A DNA stretch of 64,000 bases from an uncultured Chloroflexia bacterium (lineage in GTDB: Bacteria; Chloroflexota; Anaerolineae; JAAYZQ01): positions 192,001 through 256,000 of the forward strand of contig CAVOXA010000022.1 of NCBI GenBank assembly GCA_963700285.1. The letters run 5' to 3'. Under the pieces are notes generated by a model. It was not told the origin of the DNA, made no database searches, and saw only the letters and a program-made list of their open reading frames with translations. Shown in pieces: positions 1 through 10,235 of the stretch (the first letter of the stretch is position 1; each line of letters starts with the position of its first letter). Both the position numbers and the translations under genes were made by a program.

Positions 1-1
1 C

Positions 2-40
2 TACGACCACGAGGCCTACCTGCCTCTGGTACTCCGATAG
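2..40 (+). CDS. 3' end of a gene entering from the left, ending ...YDHEAYLPLVLR*
   Basis: Manual translation from position 2 gives YDHEAYLPLVLR-TAG, the same C-terminal motif as the secreted proteins in this window. Confidence 0.75.
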   Translation, partial: YDHEAYLPLVLR

Positions 41-57
41 CCGGTACACCGACGTCT

Positions 58-94
58 CAGACCTCGGGGGTTCCAGGCAGACCCCCGAGGTCTG
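58..94. repeat. Palindromic AGAC(C/T)T...A(G/A)GTCT dispersed repeat
   Basis: cagacctcgggggt / acccccgaggtctg inverted pair; relatives at 1148, 1839, 27828, 58335, 59300 and 59994. Confidence 0.7.
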
Positions 95-109
95 GTATGA
101 GGACCTAAC

Positions 110-895
110 ATGAAACGATATGGCCAACCGCCCTATACCCTCGCCCTCATCCACGGCGGCCCCGGCGCGGCCGGCGAAATGGCGCCCGTGGCGCGCGAGC
201 TGGCCGCGGAGTGGGGCGTGCTGGAACCGTACCAGGCGGCCGACTCGCTGGAGGGCCAGATCGAGGAGCTGGCCGGCGTCTTGCGCGCCGAGGCCCGGCT
301 GCCCGCCCTCCTGGTGGGCCATTCCTGGGGCGCCTGGCTCAGTTGCCTGGTGGCGGCCCGCTACCCGGAACTGGTGAGCAAGTTGATCCTCGTTGGCAGC
401 GCGCCTTTTGAGGCGCGCTACGCCGGCCAGATCTATGCGACCAGGCTGAGCCGGCTCAGCGAGGCCGAGAAGGCTGAATTCGAGGACAGCATTTCCCGCC
501 TGGGCGACCCTGCCGCGGCAGGCAAAAACACGGCCATGGCCCGGCTCGGGGCGCTGGCCAGCAGGGCCGATGCCTACGATCTCGACCCGGCCGGCGCCGG
601 CGCCGTGCAATTCCAGGCCGGCATCTATGAGAAGGTCTGGCCCGAGGCTTCCGATCTGAGACACAGCGGGCGGCTCCTGGCGCTGGCGGACCAGATCCGC
701 TGTCCCGTGGTGGCCATCCACGGCGACTATGATCCCCACCCCGCGGAGGGCGTTGAGGCGCCGCTGGCCGGGCGCCTCGACGACTTTCGGATGGTCCTGC
801 TGTCCCGTTGTGGCCATACTCCCTGGCTGGAGCGCTGGGCGCGGGATGAGTTCTACCGGGTTCTCCGCAAAGCGTTGGACCTGAATGCCCCTTGA
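110..895 (+). CDS. Alpha/beta fold hydrolase
   Basis: HGGPG oxyanion motif, GHSWG nucleophile elbow, HGDYD and C-terminal GH; GAGGA RBS. Confidence 0.9.
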   Translation: MKRYGQPPYTLALIHGGPGAAGEMAPVARELAAEWGVLEPYQAADSLEGQIEELAGVLRAEARLPALLVGHSWGAWLSCLVAARYPELVSKLILVGSAPFEARYAGQIYATRLSRLSEAEKAEFEDSISRLGDPAAAGKNTAMARLGALASRADAYDLDPAGAGAVQFQAGIYEKVWPEASDLRHSGRLLALADQIRCPVVAIHGDYDPHPAEGVEAPLAGRLDDFRMVLLSRCGHTPWLERWARDEFYRVLRKALDLNAP

Positions 896-901
896 CAAGC
901 G

Positions 902-1000
902 CAACCTCCCGCAGGTTTTGCCTTTCCAGGCGCCTGCTCACCGGTGTATCCAGCCCAATGCTGCCGGAACCTCCGCCGCGGACAAACCTGCGGGAGGTTG
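902..1000. repeat. Inverted repeat caacctcccgcaggttt / aaacctgcgggaggttg
   Basis: 17-bp perfect inverted arms; a single arm recurs at 10805-10821. Confidence 0.7.
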
Positions 1001-1043
1001 GGCTCCGACTATGCAACAGCCGTGAAGGTACGACCCAGGAGGG

Positions 1044-1072
1044 TTGACAAGCACCCCGTACTCTGCTATAAT
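1044..1072 (+). promoter_or_regulatory. Consensus sigma70-type promoter
   Basis: TTGACA (1044-1049), 17-nt spacer, TATAAT (1067-1072) with extended -10 TG. Confidence 0.85.
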
Positions 1073-1078
1073 GTTTCT

Positions 1079-1296
1079 GCCGCCGTCCAAGTCTTCTGGC
1101 AGCCACGTGGCACGAGCATCGGCGCGAGGCGCCGGTCAGCTGCAACGAGACCTCCGAATTCGCGGACCCTGTTCGCAAAGTCCGGAAGTCTGTGAAACAC
1201 AGGCTTCAGTCACTGGGACGGGAAGCCAAGGCAATGGGCCGCAAGAAGCCGCCAACAAGCAGGGAGTCATCCCCCTTTGTTGCCGGCCTTTTTTTG
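1079..1296 (+). ncRNA. Candidate structured leader or sRNA (family unassigned)
   Basis: Lies between the consensus promoter and an intrinsic terminator; 5' ccgtccaagt can pair with actgggacgg (~1212-1221); internal hairpins present. Confidence 0.35.
1247..1296 (+). terminator. Intrinsic terminator or attenuator upstream of the GYD gene
   Basis: gccgccaacaag...ctttgttgccggc stem followed by a T-run. Confidence 0.7.
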
Positions 1297-1450
1297 TGCC
1301 GTGTCCGCCGGATCGAGGAATTGCAGGCGGATGCGGTTTTCAGAAAGGAGGTACACTGCTGAAGCCAATTGCTGGGGTCATGGGAAATCCGGTCCGTCGT
1401 CGCTGCCAGCTTCGGTGGACCGCCAGGAATACCACAAGGGAGGTATCAGC

Positions 1451-1771
1451 ATGGCCAAGTATCTGATTCGGGCGAACCTAACGCCAGAAGGCCTGAAGGG
1501 AACGCTCAAGGAAGGCGGGACCGCGCGCAGGGAAGCCGTCAAAAAGACGATCGAAAGCATGGGCGGAACCCTAGAGTCATTCTACTATGCTTTTGGTCAG
1601 AAGGACATTGTGGGCGTTGTCGACATGCCCGACAATGTGAGCGTCGCAGCGTTTTCGCTGCTGGTGACCGCTGCCGGCGGGGCTGCGGTGAGTACAATGG
1701 TGCTCCTCACGCCCGAAGAGATCGACAAGGCGGCGAAAATGACGGGGGACTACCGGCCGCCCGGCAAGTAG
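1451..1771 (+). CDS. GYD domain-containing protein
   Basis: MAKYLIRANLTPEGLKG...GGTLESFYYAFGQKD...LLTPEEID is typical of the GYD family; GGAGG RBS before ATG 1451. Confidence 0.85.
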   Translation: MAKYLIRANLTPEGLKGTLKEGGTARREAVKKTIESMGGTLESFYYAFGQKDIVGVVDMPDNVSVAAFSLLVTAAGGAAVSTMVLLTPEEIDKAAKMTGDYRPPGK

Positions 1772-1946
1772 GACCGGCCGCCGGACAACCAGCGGACAAT
1801 CCACCAAGCAGGCACTAATGCCTGCTTGTGATCGCCCCAGACTTTCAGAGTCGCGGACCTGCGGTTCGTCCGGGATTCTGAAAGTCTTTTGCTATTCCAT
1901 GGTTGTTTTCTTATGTGTATTTAACGCGAAAGCGCCATAGCGGGGA

Positions 1947-1975
1947 TTGACAAAAGCCATTCTCCGCAGTATAAT
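1947..1975 (+). promoter_or_regulatory. Consensus sigma70-type promoter
   Basis: TTGACA-17-TATAAT. Confidence 0.85.
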
Positions 1976-2037
1976 ATATATAAAGGCAATAAAAATATAT
2001 TTTTAACAATCCAAGCTGGAAGGCAAGGTGAACTAAG

Positions 2038-2322
2038 ATGGCTTACATTCTGGTGCAATTTCCTGTAGAAGACTATGGCAAGTGGAAGCGCGTGTTCGAG
2101 GCGCATGAGACGACGCGCCGGACGGCCGGTTCGAAGGGCGGAACTGCCCTGCGCAACGCCGAGGACCCCAATCACGTCACAACCCTGTTAGAGTGGGACA
2201 GCCTGGAAAACGCAAAGGCGTTCGCCTCGTCGGACACGCTGCGCGAAGCCATGCAGGAAGCCGGCGTCAAGGGTCCGCCGGCTGTGTTCCTTTTCGCGGA
2301 GACCTTCAAACCGTCGGCGTAA
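2038..2322 (+). CDS. Small dimeric alpha-beta barrel protein (ABM/'cyclase'-like), copy 1
   Basis: VEDYGKWKRVF...RNAEDPN...LREAMQEAGV pattern; paralog at 7747. Confidence 0.85.
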   Translation: MAYILVQFPVEDYGKWKRVFEAHETTRRTAGSKGGTALRNAEDPNHVTTLLEWDSLENAKAFASSDTLREAMQEAGVKGPPAVFLFAETFKPSA

Positions 2323-2530
2323 CGGCGCTGGCCACCTGGCCCATGGAGGCGGTTGCCGCAGGCACACGCCCAAGGCGGTCAGGTTCGCGTCGCCCTGGAT
2401 GCCCAAAGAACCACAGCGCCCGGCCCTGAACGTGGGGCCGGGTGGTTCTGCATCTGGCGGGGATGTGCCTCTGAGCCCGCCTGGCTCCTCTGCCGGGCGG
2501 CCGCAGAACGCCGTACTCGCAGCGCGCTGT

Positions 2531-2559
2531 TTGCCTATTTCCCCCTGTGGTGCTATAAT
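2531..2559 (+). promoter_or_regulatory. Sigma70-type promoter for the 2806 operon
   Basis: TTGCCT-17-TATAAT with extended -10 TG. Confidence 0.65.
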
Positions 2560-2805
2560 TCCTGGGACCCAAAGAAACCAACGCCCTTGGTGCTCTAGCC
2601 AGCCCGAGGCGATGGCTGGGGCGACGGGGCGCCCGCGGCACCCAGGTTGTGCGCCATGGCCCGTGCGCCGCCGACGCCAGGCCGCCGGCGAGTCTCATCG
2701 TCCCCCATGGGAGACGGATTACCGGCAAGGCTGCTGTACCCACAAACCGACTGGTAGTTCATAAAGAGCCCGGCAGAGCTCGCCATAGAAAGGAGTAAAC
2801 GACCC

Positions 2806-4864
2806 ATGTCTTCACAGTCTGTACTGTCCCTCCGCAGGCTCGGCCGAGGGCTATTGGTGCTCCCGCTTCTGGTCATCCTGCTGGTCGCTGCCGCCCCGGC
2901 AGCCCCGGCCGCGCCGCCGGCGCCCTATCTGGTCAAAGACATCAATCCTGGCAGTGCCGGCTCGCTGGCCTCGGAGGAATACTGGCCTGTCCATCCCGTG
3001 GAAATGGACGGCCGCATCTACTTCAAAGCTGACGATGGAACACACGGGTTTGAGTTGTGGAAGAGCGACGGCACCTCTGCCGGTACCGTCCTGGTCAGGG
3101 ACATCAATCCCGGATCGCACGGATCCGATCTCCAAACACTCATCGAGATGAACGGCATTCTGTACTTTTGGGCTGACGATGGCGCCCACGGTTTTGCCCT
3201 GTGGAGAAGCAATGGTACGACCGCGGGCACCGTCATGGTCAGAGCCGTGGGAGGCTCGTCCTCCTACCGGGGGGTAGAGGCGGCCGTTGTGAACGGGGTG
3301 CTCTACTTCGCCGGGATTGACAGCGAACACGGCACTGAACTGTGGAGAAGCGACGGTACTGCCGCCAATACCAGAATGGTAAAGGACATCCTCCCTGGAA
3401 AAGACAGCTCGGACCCGTCGTACCTAACTGAATTCAAAGGTGAGTTGTTCTTTGCTGCCGACGCCACGGCATCAGACTATGACACGGACAATCACTTGTG
3501 GAAAAGCAATGGCACCGAGAGTGGCACCGTCCTGATGCGAGACGGCAGCGGACAGTCCTTGCCATGGGTGTTTGGCCTCAAGGACGCAGGAGGCAAACTC
3601 TTTGTCAATATCGACCTTGACATTGGTGTCAGCGGCGTATGCGACGGGCGGTTGTGGAAAACCGACGGTACCCAGGCCGGGACTGTCGAGCTGCACAACC
3701 ATGTCGGATGTATCGACCAAATGGTGAATGCCGGTGGCAGGCTCTTTTTTGACGGCAACTACAGTGACGACTCCTGCTCCAAGCACACGCTATGGACCAG
3801 CGATGGCACCATAGGGGGGACCGTCGCCCTCAAGGATTTTGAGTGCTGGTGCGAGCTCTATGGCCTCTGGAGCCTGACACCGATGGAGGGCCGGCTCTAC
3901 TTCAGCGCCAATCCTCTGGACCTTTGGAAGAGCGACGGGACCGTGGCCGGGACCTCTGCCATCAAACCCTCCATCTTTGTCTGCCCCGAGTACGCCGACT
4001 CGTTCACGATGAAGGGGGTGAATGGCACGCTCTATTTCGCCGGCCACGACGAGACCCACGGCAACGAGCTTTGGAAGAGCGATGGATCGGCGGCCGGCAC
4101 CAGCCGCGTGAGCGACATCAACCCCGGCAAGGGCTGGGGCATCGATGACTGGAACTGGCTGGCCACCGCAGGCGGCAAGCTCTTCTTCCCGGCTGACAAT
4201 GGCAGCCAGGGGATCGAGCTGTGGGCCTTGGATACCGGCTCCTGCTCTGTCCCCGCCAAGCCGGTACTCATCAGCCCCACCGACTATGCCAGCACCTGCG
4301 ACGCCACGCCGGACTTGGTTTGGGAGCCGGCGAGTCGGGCCAAGCAGTACCAGATCCGCATCGCCGACGGTGATACGTCAGCAGTGGTCATCCAGACCGA
4401 GACGCAGGACACCCAGTTCCGGCCTCCGGCGCCCCTGGCGCCCGGCACCTACTTTTGGCGGGTGCGGGCCTCCAACGACTGCGGCTGGAGCGCCTGGTCG
4501 GAAAAGTGGTGGTTCACTGTGCAGCCACCGCCGGCCGTGCCCGGGCTCTCTTCGCCGGTGGACGGCAGCAGCACCTACGAGACGAGGCCCGTCTTTGAGT
4601 GGTTTGCGACCCAGGGTGCGAACAGCTACCGGCTCCAGGTGGACCAATGATGCCAGCTTTGCTTCGCCGGTCATCGACAAGACCAGGTCAGGCACGAGCT
4701 ACAGGCCGGATGACCCGCTGCCGCCGGGCACCTACTACTGGCGGGTGCGGGGCAGCTATGACTGTGGCAACGGGGCTTGGTCGACGGCGTACAGCCTGAC
4801 GGTACTGCCGGCCGGCCTGGAGTATGGGGCCTATCTGCCCCTGGTGACACGAGGTAGCCACTAG
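2806..4864 (+). CDS. Secreted ELWxxDGT-repeat beta-propeller protein with two FN3-like domains; frameshift near 4645
   Basis: Signal peptide and repeated ELWKSDGT; ORF 2806-4650 continues in the frame of ORF 4145-4864 (NDASFASPVID...YYWRVR...AYLPLVTRGSH). Confidence 0.85.
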
Positions 4865-4971
4865 CGCACCAGGGCTGGATGCGACACGCATCCCTACCGA
4901 ATCGACGACCAGGTCGACAACGAGGCCTGGTCGCCAGGACGTCTCCGACTCACTGACCCAGGAGAAAGACA

Positions 4972-7431
4972 ATGCCACCCGCTGTGAACCGACACGTTAC
5001 CGCCACCACCACCATCCTGCTATTGTCCGTTGTCCTGCTGCTGGCTGTCATCCCCCGAGCCGCTGCCGCGGACCCAGAAATTCAGGGCAGTGGCCTGCTC
5101 TTTAGCGACGCTGGCAGGGCGCCGGCTTCCTCGGGCAGCGGCGACCCGACTGCCCTTCGCCAGAGGCTGGTGCTGGCCGATCTGGCGCTGCTCGCACAGA
5201 GCAATGCAGGCGATACCCTCGGCCTCAACCTCTTTGAGGATGCCCTCTACCAGGGCGTCATCGACGACGTGACCAAGAACCCATCGGGCTCGACGTCGTG
5301 GATTGGACACCTTCGCGGAGAAGCCTACAGCCAATTCGTACTGGTCGTTGGCGGCGGCCAGATGGCTGGCAGCGTTACGCTGCCCGGCGCCATCTATGGG
5401 ATCCGGTACAAGGACGGGAACGTGCACGTCATCAGCGAGATCGACGGGATGGTGGAGCCTCGCGAGGGGCCGCCGATCCCCGTGGATGTGCCATTGGATT
5501 CGGCTCCACGCCATCCCTCCGGTCCAGCCGACGATGGCTCGATCATCGATGTCATGGTAGTCTATACGCAGGCGGCTCGAGACGGCGCCGGGGGTACGAC
5601 GGGTATGTTGAACCTTATCGACCTGGCCGTGTCAGAATCCAACCAGACCTACGCAAACAGCGGTATCGCTCAGCGTCTGCGCCTTGTCAACAGCGCGGAG
5701 GTTGCCTACGAGGAATCGGGATACACCACAACAGACCTCAACCGTCTGCGAGATCCTTCAGACGGAACCATGGACCGTGTGCACGCGCTCAGAGATCTGT
5801 TTGGGGCAGACTTTGTCAGCCTCTTTTTCGAGAGTGGGGATTACGGCGGGCGGGCGTACTTGATGACGACGGTGTCGAGTGATTTCAAAGACTTTGCTTT
5901 CAGCCTGGTGAAGCGTCGCCGGGCGGCCGGTGAGTACATCCTCGCCCATGAGCTTGGGCACAATATGGGGGCGCACCACGACTGGTATGTAAATGACACG
6001 ACCCAGCCCTATCCCTACAACCATGCCTTTCTCAACGTGGAAGGTAGGTGGATGACGGTCATGGGCTACTGGGACGAATGCGCTGCCAGAGGGTCTATGT
6101 GCTATGTCATCCCTTACTGGTCAAACCCAGACGCATCCTACCAGGGCGTTCCCCTGGGCGTGCATCCGGGTACCTCCGCGGCTTGCGTCGCCGGGGATCT
6201 GGATCATCCAGACTGTGACGCCGACAACCGGCTAACACTCAACAACACCGCCTTCACCGTGGCCAATTTTCGGCAGACGACGCAGCCGCCTACATGCTTT
6301 CCGCTGGCGACATCTGCCAGCCCCTCCGCCGCCGGTGCCGTCCTGTCCGATCCCGGCCCAAACTGCAGCGGCGACTATGTGGCGGGCACGGAGGTTAAAC
6401 TGACACCCAGCCCCAAGTCGGGCTACAGTTTCAGTCACTGGAGCGGCGCCTGCAGTGGTTCGTCCCAGACTTGCACGCTGACCCTGTCGGCCGCGAAACA
6501 GGTGGCCGCCGCTTTTGAGGAGATCGACTATGGCCGGATCATCGTCGACAAGGTGACAGAGCCGGCCGGCGCCGAACAGGAATTTCTTTTCGCCGTGACC
6601 GGTGGGCCTGAGAGCATCGACCGGGAGTTCAACCTGACCGACGCCGCTGCACCCCGCCAGGTCTCAAACCTGGCGCCAGGCGCCTACCGCGTCGTGGAGG
6701 AAGTGCCTGAAGGCTGGGATCTGGTCTACAGCAGTTGCGACGATGGCAGCGACCCAGGCGCCATCGATCTGGACCCGGGCGAGACAGTCACTTGCACTTT
6801 TTCGAACCAGCAGACCGGGTACTGTGCGATTCCGGCCGCGCCGGTCCTGCGGTCTCCGCCCAATGGAACCAGCACACAGGACCCCATGCCGGACTTTGAA
6901 TGGTCCCCGGCGACGGGCGCGGCCAAGTATCGTCTCCGGCTGGCCGAGGTAGATTCGGGCGCACAGGTTCTGAGCATCACCACCTCAAAGACGCATTTCA
7001 CACTGGAGACACCGCTGGAACCTGACACGTATTACTGGCGGGTGCGGGGCCTGAACGATTGCGGCGTCGGCAACTGGGCGCTGAGGCGTAGCGTAACCAT
7101 CCTGCCGACGCGTCCCCATCCGCCCCAATTGATGCTGCCGGATCACGACAGCCTGAACTGCCAGCCACTGCCCACCCTTGCCTGGAAAGGCGCCAAGGGC
7201 GCAACGGGATACCGCCTTCAAGTGGACAATGACAACAGCTTTTCATCGCCGGTGCTCGATGACGGCACGGCGGACACAGAGTACAACCCGCCCCATGGCC
7301 TGTCGCTGGGAACCTACTACTGGCGGGTGCTGGCCAGCAACAGCGCGGGCGACAGCGACTGGTCCTCGGTCTGGCGCTTTGTCCAGGGTCGCTGTATCCA
7401 TCTGCCGTTGGTGACGCGTGGCATCCGGTAG
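4972..7431 (+). CDS. Secreted M12B/reprolysin-like zinc metallopeptidase with InlB-B-like, prealbumin-like and FN3-like domains
   Basis: Signal peptide, IDVMVVYT, HELGHNMGAHH zinc motif, TVMGY Met-turn; ends IHLPLVTRGIR. Confidence 0.9.
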   Translation: MPPAVNRHVTATTTILLLSVVLLLAVIPRAAAADPEIQGSGLLFSDAGRAPASSGSGDPTALRQRLVLADLALLAQSNAGDTLGLNLFEDALYQGVIDDVTKNPSGSTSWIGHLRGEAYSQFVLVVGGGQMAGSVTLPGAIYGIRYKDGNVHVISEIDGMVEPREGPPIPVDVPLDSAPRHPSGPADDGSIIDVMVVYTQAARDGAGGTTGMLNLIDLAVSESNQTYANSGIAQRLRLVNSAEVAYEESGYTTTDLNRLRDPSDGTMDRVHALRDLFGADFVSLFFESGDYGGRAYLMTTVSSDFKDFAFSLVKRRRAAGEYILAHELGHNMGAHHDWYVNDTTQPYPYNHAFLNVEGRWMTVMGYWDECAARGSMCYVIPYWSNPDASYQGVPLGVHPGTSAACVAGDLDHPDCDADNRLTLNNTAFTVANFRQTTQPPTCFPLATSASPSAAGAVLSDPGPNCSGDYVAGTEVKLTPSPKSGYSFSHWSGACSGSSQTCTLTLSAAKQVAAAFEEIDYGRIIVDKVTEPAGAEQEFLFAVTGGPESIDREFNLTDAAAPRQVSNLAPGAYRVVEEVPEGWDLVYSSCDDGSDPGAIDLDPGETVTCTFSNQQTGYCAIPAAPVLRSPPNGTSTQDPMPDFEWSPATGAAKYRLRLAEVDSGAQVLSITTSKTHFTLETPLEPDTYYWRVRGLNDCGVGNWALRRSVTILPTRPHPPQLMLPDHDSLNCQPLPTLAWKGAKGATGYRLQVDNDNSFSSPVLDDGTADTEYNPPHGLSLGTYYWRVLASNSAGDSDWSSVWRFVQGRCIHLPLVTRGIR

Positions 7432-7655
7432 CGCCGGGTGACCGATGCTTGCAGGCGCCGCCGTGGACAGCGGCGCGGGGAAAAGATCCAGCACCGGCTG
7501 TTCACGCCGGTGCAGAAGCCAGAAACCGGAAACCGAGAAGCCCAGCGAACTCTCCGCCCAGCTCCGATCTGATCTTGCACGAATCGTACCCTACGATCTC
7601 GGCCAGTCCAACCATTTTTCTACGCATCCTTAACGCCAAATCGACCTGTTGGGGC

Positions 7656-7684
7656 TTGACAAAGACCGTGCTTTGCTATATAAT
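7656..7684 (+). promoter_or_regulatory. Consensus sigma70-type promoter
   Basis: TTGACA-17-TATAAT. Confidence 0.85.
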
Positions 7685-7746
7685 GATGAAAATTGTTAGA
7701 CAAATTTGATCTATACCAACACAACTGAGAAAGGAAGAGTACTGAG

Positions 7747-8031
7747 ATGCCTTACATTCTGGTTCAGCATACCATTGAAGACTATGAAAAGTGGAAGCCC
7801 GCATTCGATGAGCATGCGGCCATGCGCCAGGCCGCCGGTTCCAAGGGCGGATTTGTCCTGCGCAACGCCGACGATCCCAATCACATCACAACCCTGTTAG
7901 AGTGGGACAGCCTGGATAACCTGCGTGCCTTCGCCTCGTCGGACGCGCTGCGTGATGCCATGAAAGAGGCTGGCGTTTCAGGTCCGCCGAGTGTCTTCTT
8001 TCTCGAAGAGGCCGCCAGACCGTCAACGTAG
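7747..8031 (+). CDS. Small dimeric alpha-beta barrel protein (ABM/'cyclase'-like), copy 2
   Basis: Same length (94 aa) and clearly paralogous to 2038-2322; shares the run cacaaccctgttagagtgggacagcctgga. Confidence 0.85.
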   Translation: MPYILVQHTIEDYEKWKPAFDEHAAMRQAAGSKGGFVLRNADDPNHITTLLEWDSLDNLRAFASSDALRDAMKEAGVSGPPSVFFLEEAARPST

Positions 8032-8123
8032 TGGCTAGTGGCGCTGGCGCCCGCGCGGTCCGCCGGTTTCATTGAGACACTGGTGGAATCCGGACAGGCT
8101 TGCGCTGCCGCGGATGCCAAGAT

Positions 8124-8163
8124 CCAAGTCGCCCGGCCCCCACGTGGGGGCCGGGCGACTTGG
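8124..8163. terminator. Perfect 40-bp palindrome between convergent genes
   Basis: ccaagtcgcccggcccccac|gtgggggccgggcgacttgg; imperfect homolog after copy 1 at ~2417-2442. Confidence 0.55.
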
Positions 8164-8279
8164 CGTCTGGTGCCCGTGCGCCAGAGCCGGCAATGGGCCT
8201 TTTCCCCGCCCTCTGATTTTCCGTTGCGCGAGGGTGGGCACCACCGGGCTTTCTGCCGGGCGGCCGCCGCGCGAGGCGT

Positions 8280-9845
8280 CTACCACGCCGTCCCATCGAT
8301 CTCATCCAGCGGATCAGGCCGGTGCACCAGTTCGGCCGAACCCGTGCCGGGCCAGAGCTGCTCGTCCAGGACGGTACAGAGCGCGGCGCTGACCAGCAGG
8401 TCGTCGTGGCCGCGGGCGATCAGCGCCGTCGTAGGCCGGCGACTCCCACACGCCCCAGCGGATGCGCTCGCCCGGGCCCGGCAGAACCTCGTACTGGCAG
8501 TGCTCCACCTCGTACCAGAACTGGCGGGTCTCCGCCTGCCCGTCATCGACATAGTCGCGTAGCGCCCGGTCTCGACGGCGCCGAGGAAGGCCCAGCCCAG
8601 GTCCGACTTTGTCCTTGGGCGAAAAGACGACCGGGATCACGCGGCCGGGCAGTGCCTTCTGCCAGGAAGGAGGCCAGCCCGGCGCCGATGCCGGTGGCGT
8701 CGACGACGACCCAGACCGCGCGCCAGTGGCCGGCCAGGGCCACGGATCCGGTCGTACAGCGTCGTGTGCCGGACGCCCAGCCAGAGCTGGCGGTCGACGA
8801 CGCGGTAGATGGGCAGGTCGCCCGAGCTCGGCGCTCGACCTCGACGACGGTCAGCGCGGTGGCGTCGCGGCGCGGGTTGCTCGAGCATCATGCGGTCGAC
8901 TGCACGGTGCCCCCGCTCTCCTCCTCGCCGGCGACGTCGAGCAGCAGGGCGTAGCGCTTGCCCGGCTGCCGGGCTCGTGGCGGCGGGCGTGGTCGCCGCG
9001 CATGAGGGCCCGGCGCGGCGGGCGGGAACAGGCCGCCTGGCGGCGTCGATCGTCTCCAGGTAGTACTGGGTCTTGATCAGGGGTGGTCGCGGCCCAGGCG
9101 GGCGACCTGCTGCTCGACGTAGCGGCCGTAGGCCGGGACGCAGCGCGGCGACCTGGTCGGCGTCGTACGGCAAAGGCGCGGCGGAGCCCGTCGCGTGTTT
9201 CCTGCTGGCGCAGGTGCTGGATGGTCCGGGCCAGCAGCGTGTCGGCGGTCCAGGCCGTGCCGTAGAGGACGGTGGTGGCGTTGGTGCTGGCGGCCATGGG
9301 CGAGAAGTCCTTGTACCACTTTTCCTCGGCGATGTCCTGGGCCTCGTCGCCCTCCAGCAGCAGGTCGGCGGTGGCGCCGACGACGTTGGCGGTGGGCTCG
9401 GCGGAGAAGAAGAGGGCGCGGGCGCGGCCGAGCTCGACGATGTAGCCCTCGCGGCGGCGGTAGCCAGCGCCGCCTCCAGCGGCGTTGCCGTTCCAGGGGT
9501 TGTCCAGGCGGTCGCAGAGGCGCAGGAGCGAGTTGACGGTCTGGGGCTTGAAGGTGGGGCAGGCCTTGACGATCTGGCCGCCGCGCCGCTGGTAGAGGTT
9601 GAGCAGGTAGGCCTCGAGCTGGGCCGGAGAGCTCGTTCTTGCCCGCCTGGCGGGCCATCATCACGGCAAAGGTCAGGCCCCGGCCGTGGAGGACCGAGTC
9701 GACGATGGCCCGGGCCGGCTCGAGCTGGTAGGGGCGCAGCCCACGGCCCAGGATCAGCCGGCTGAAATGGTCAATGTCCTCGAACCAGTATCTGACGGCC
9801 GTGACCAGGGTCTGGTTCGGGGGTGGGGCGTCAGGCGCTAGACAT
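8280..9845 (-). CDS. Terminase large subunit-like protein (ATPase + RNase H-fold nuclease), broken by many frameshifts
   Basis: Across frames: LRPYQ Q-motif, MARQAGKNELS Walker A, LLEGDEAQD Walker B, YGTAW coupling motif, LLDVAGEE, VVVDATGIG and GHDDLL nuclease motifs. Confidence 0.8.
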
Positions 9846-9846
9846 G

Positions 9847-9962
9847 GTGCGTGTTGTGTGCTGCGTGTTGCATCTTGCGTGTCTCGTCTTTCGTCCAGCA
9901 TCCGCCGTCTAGCGCCCGCCGTCTGTCGTCCGTTGTCCACTGTCCACCGTCCGTCGTCTATC
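9847..9962. repeat. Degenerate heptamer tandem repeats (ACGCAAC-like and GACGACG/GACAGTG-like)
   Basis: gcgtgttgtgtgctgcgtgttgcatcttgcgt and cgtctgtcgtccgttgtccactgtccaccgtccgtcgtct. Confidence 0.6.
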
Positions 9963-9968
9963 GTTCCC

Positions 9969-10235
9969 CTACGGCACCAGCCCCAGCGCAGCCAGGGCCA
10001 CCCGCAGCACCTCGGCGGCCAGGGCCGCGCCGGCGAGACCCAGCAACCAGCGGGACTGGGTCTCCAGCCGGGCCAGGCGCTTTTCGATCCACCAGCCCCA
10101 GTCACTGTCATAGGGCTGCGGATCGGTGATGCGCGCCCGGCGGTCGCGGTGGCGCCTGATGGCGGCCTGCAGGTGTTCTTCGCCGGACCCCCTGTGCCGG
10201 TGGGCCGCTTTCCTGGCATCCCGGGAATCCTTCAC
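9969..10235 (-). CDS. Small protein with a C-terminal transmembrane helix (holin/XhlA-like topology)
   Basis: GTG start with GGAGGG RBS overlapping the inferred TGA of the upstream gene; IEKRLARLE coil then LLGLAGAALAAEVLRVALAALGLVP. Confidence 0.6.
   Translation of the reverse strand: MKDSRDARKAAHRHRGSGEEHLQAAIRRHRDRRARITDPQPYDSDWGWWIEKRLARLETQSRWLLGLAGAALAAEVLRVALAALGLVP

Noticed and set aside
1175-1230. c-di-GMP-I or cobalamin riboswitch resemblance (gcaaa...gaaa...gggacgggaagcc; cactg..gggaag)
   Set aside because: The second stem with the tetraloop receptor and the B12 box are missing, and part of the match belongs to a dispersed palindromic repeat.
8124-8163. Perfect palindrome as a terminase cos site or protelomerase target
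   Set aside because: A homologous imperfect hairpin follows the other copy of the barrel gene, so it belongs to that cassette. No protelomerase is present.
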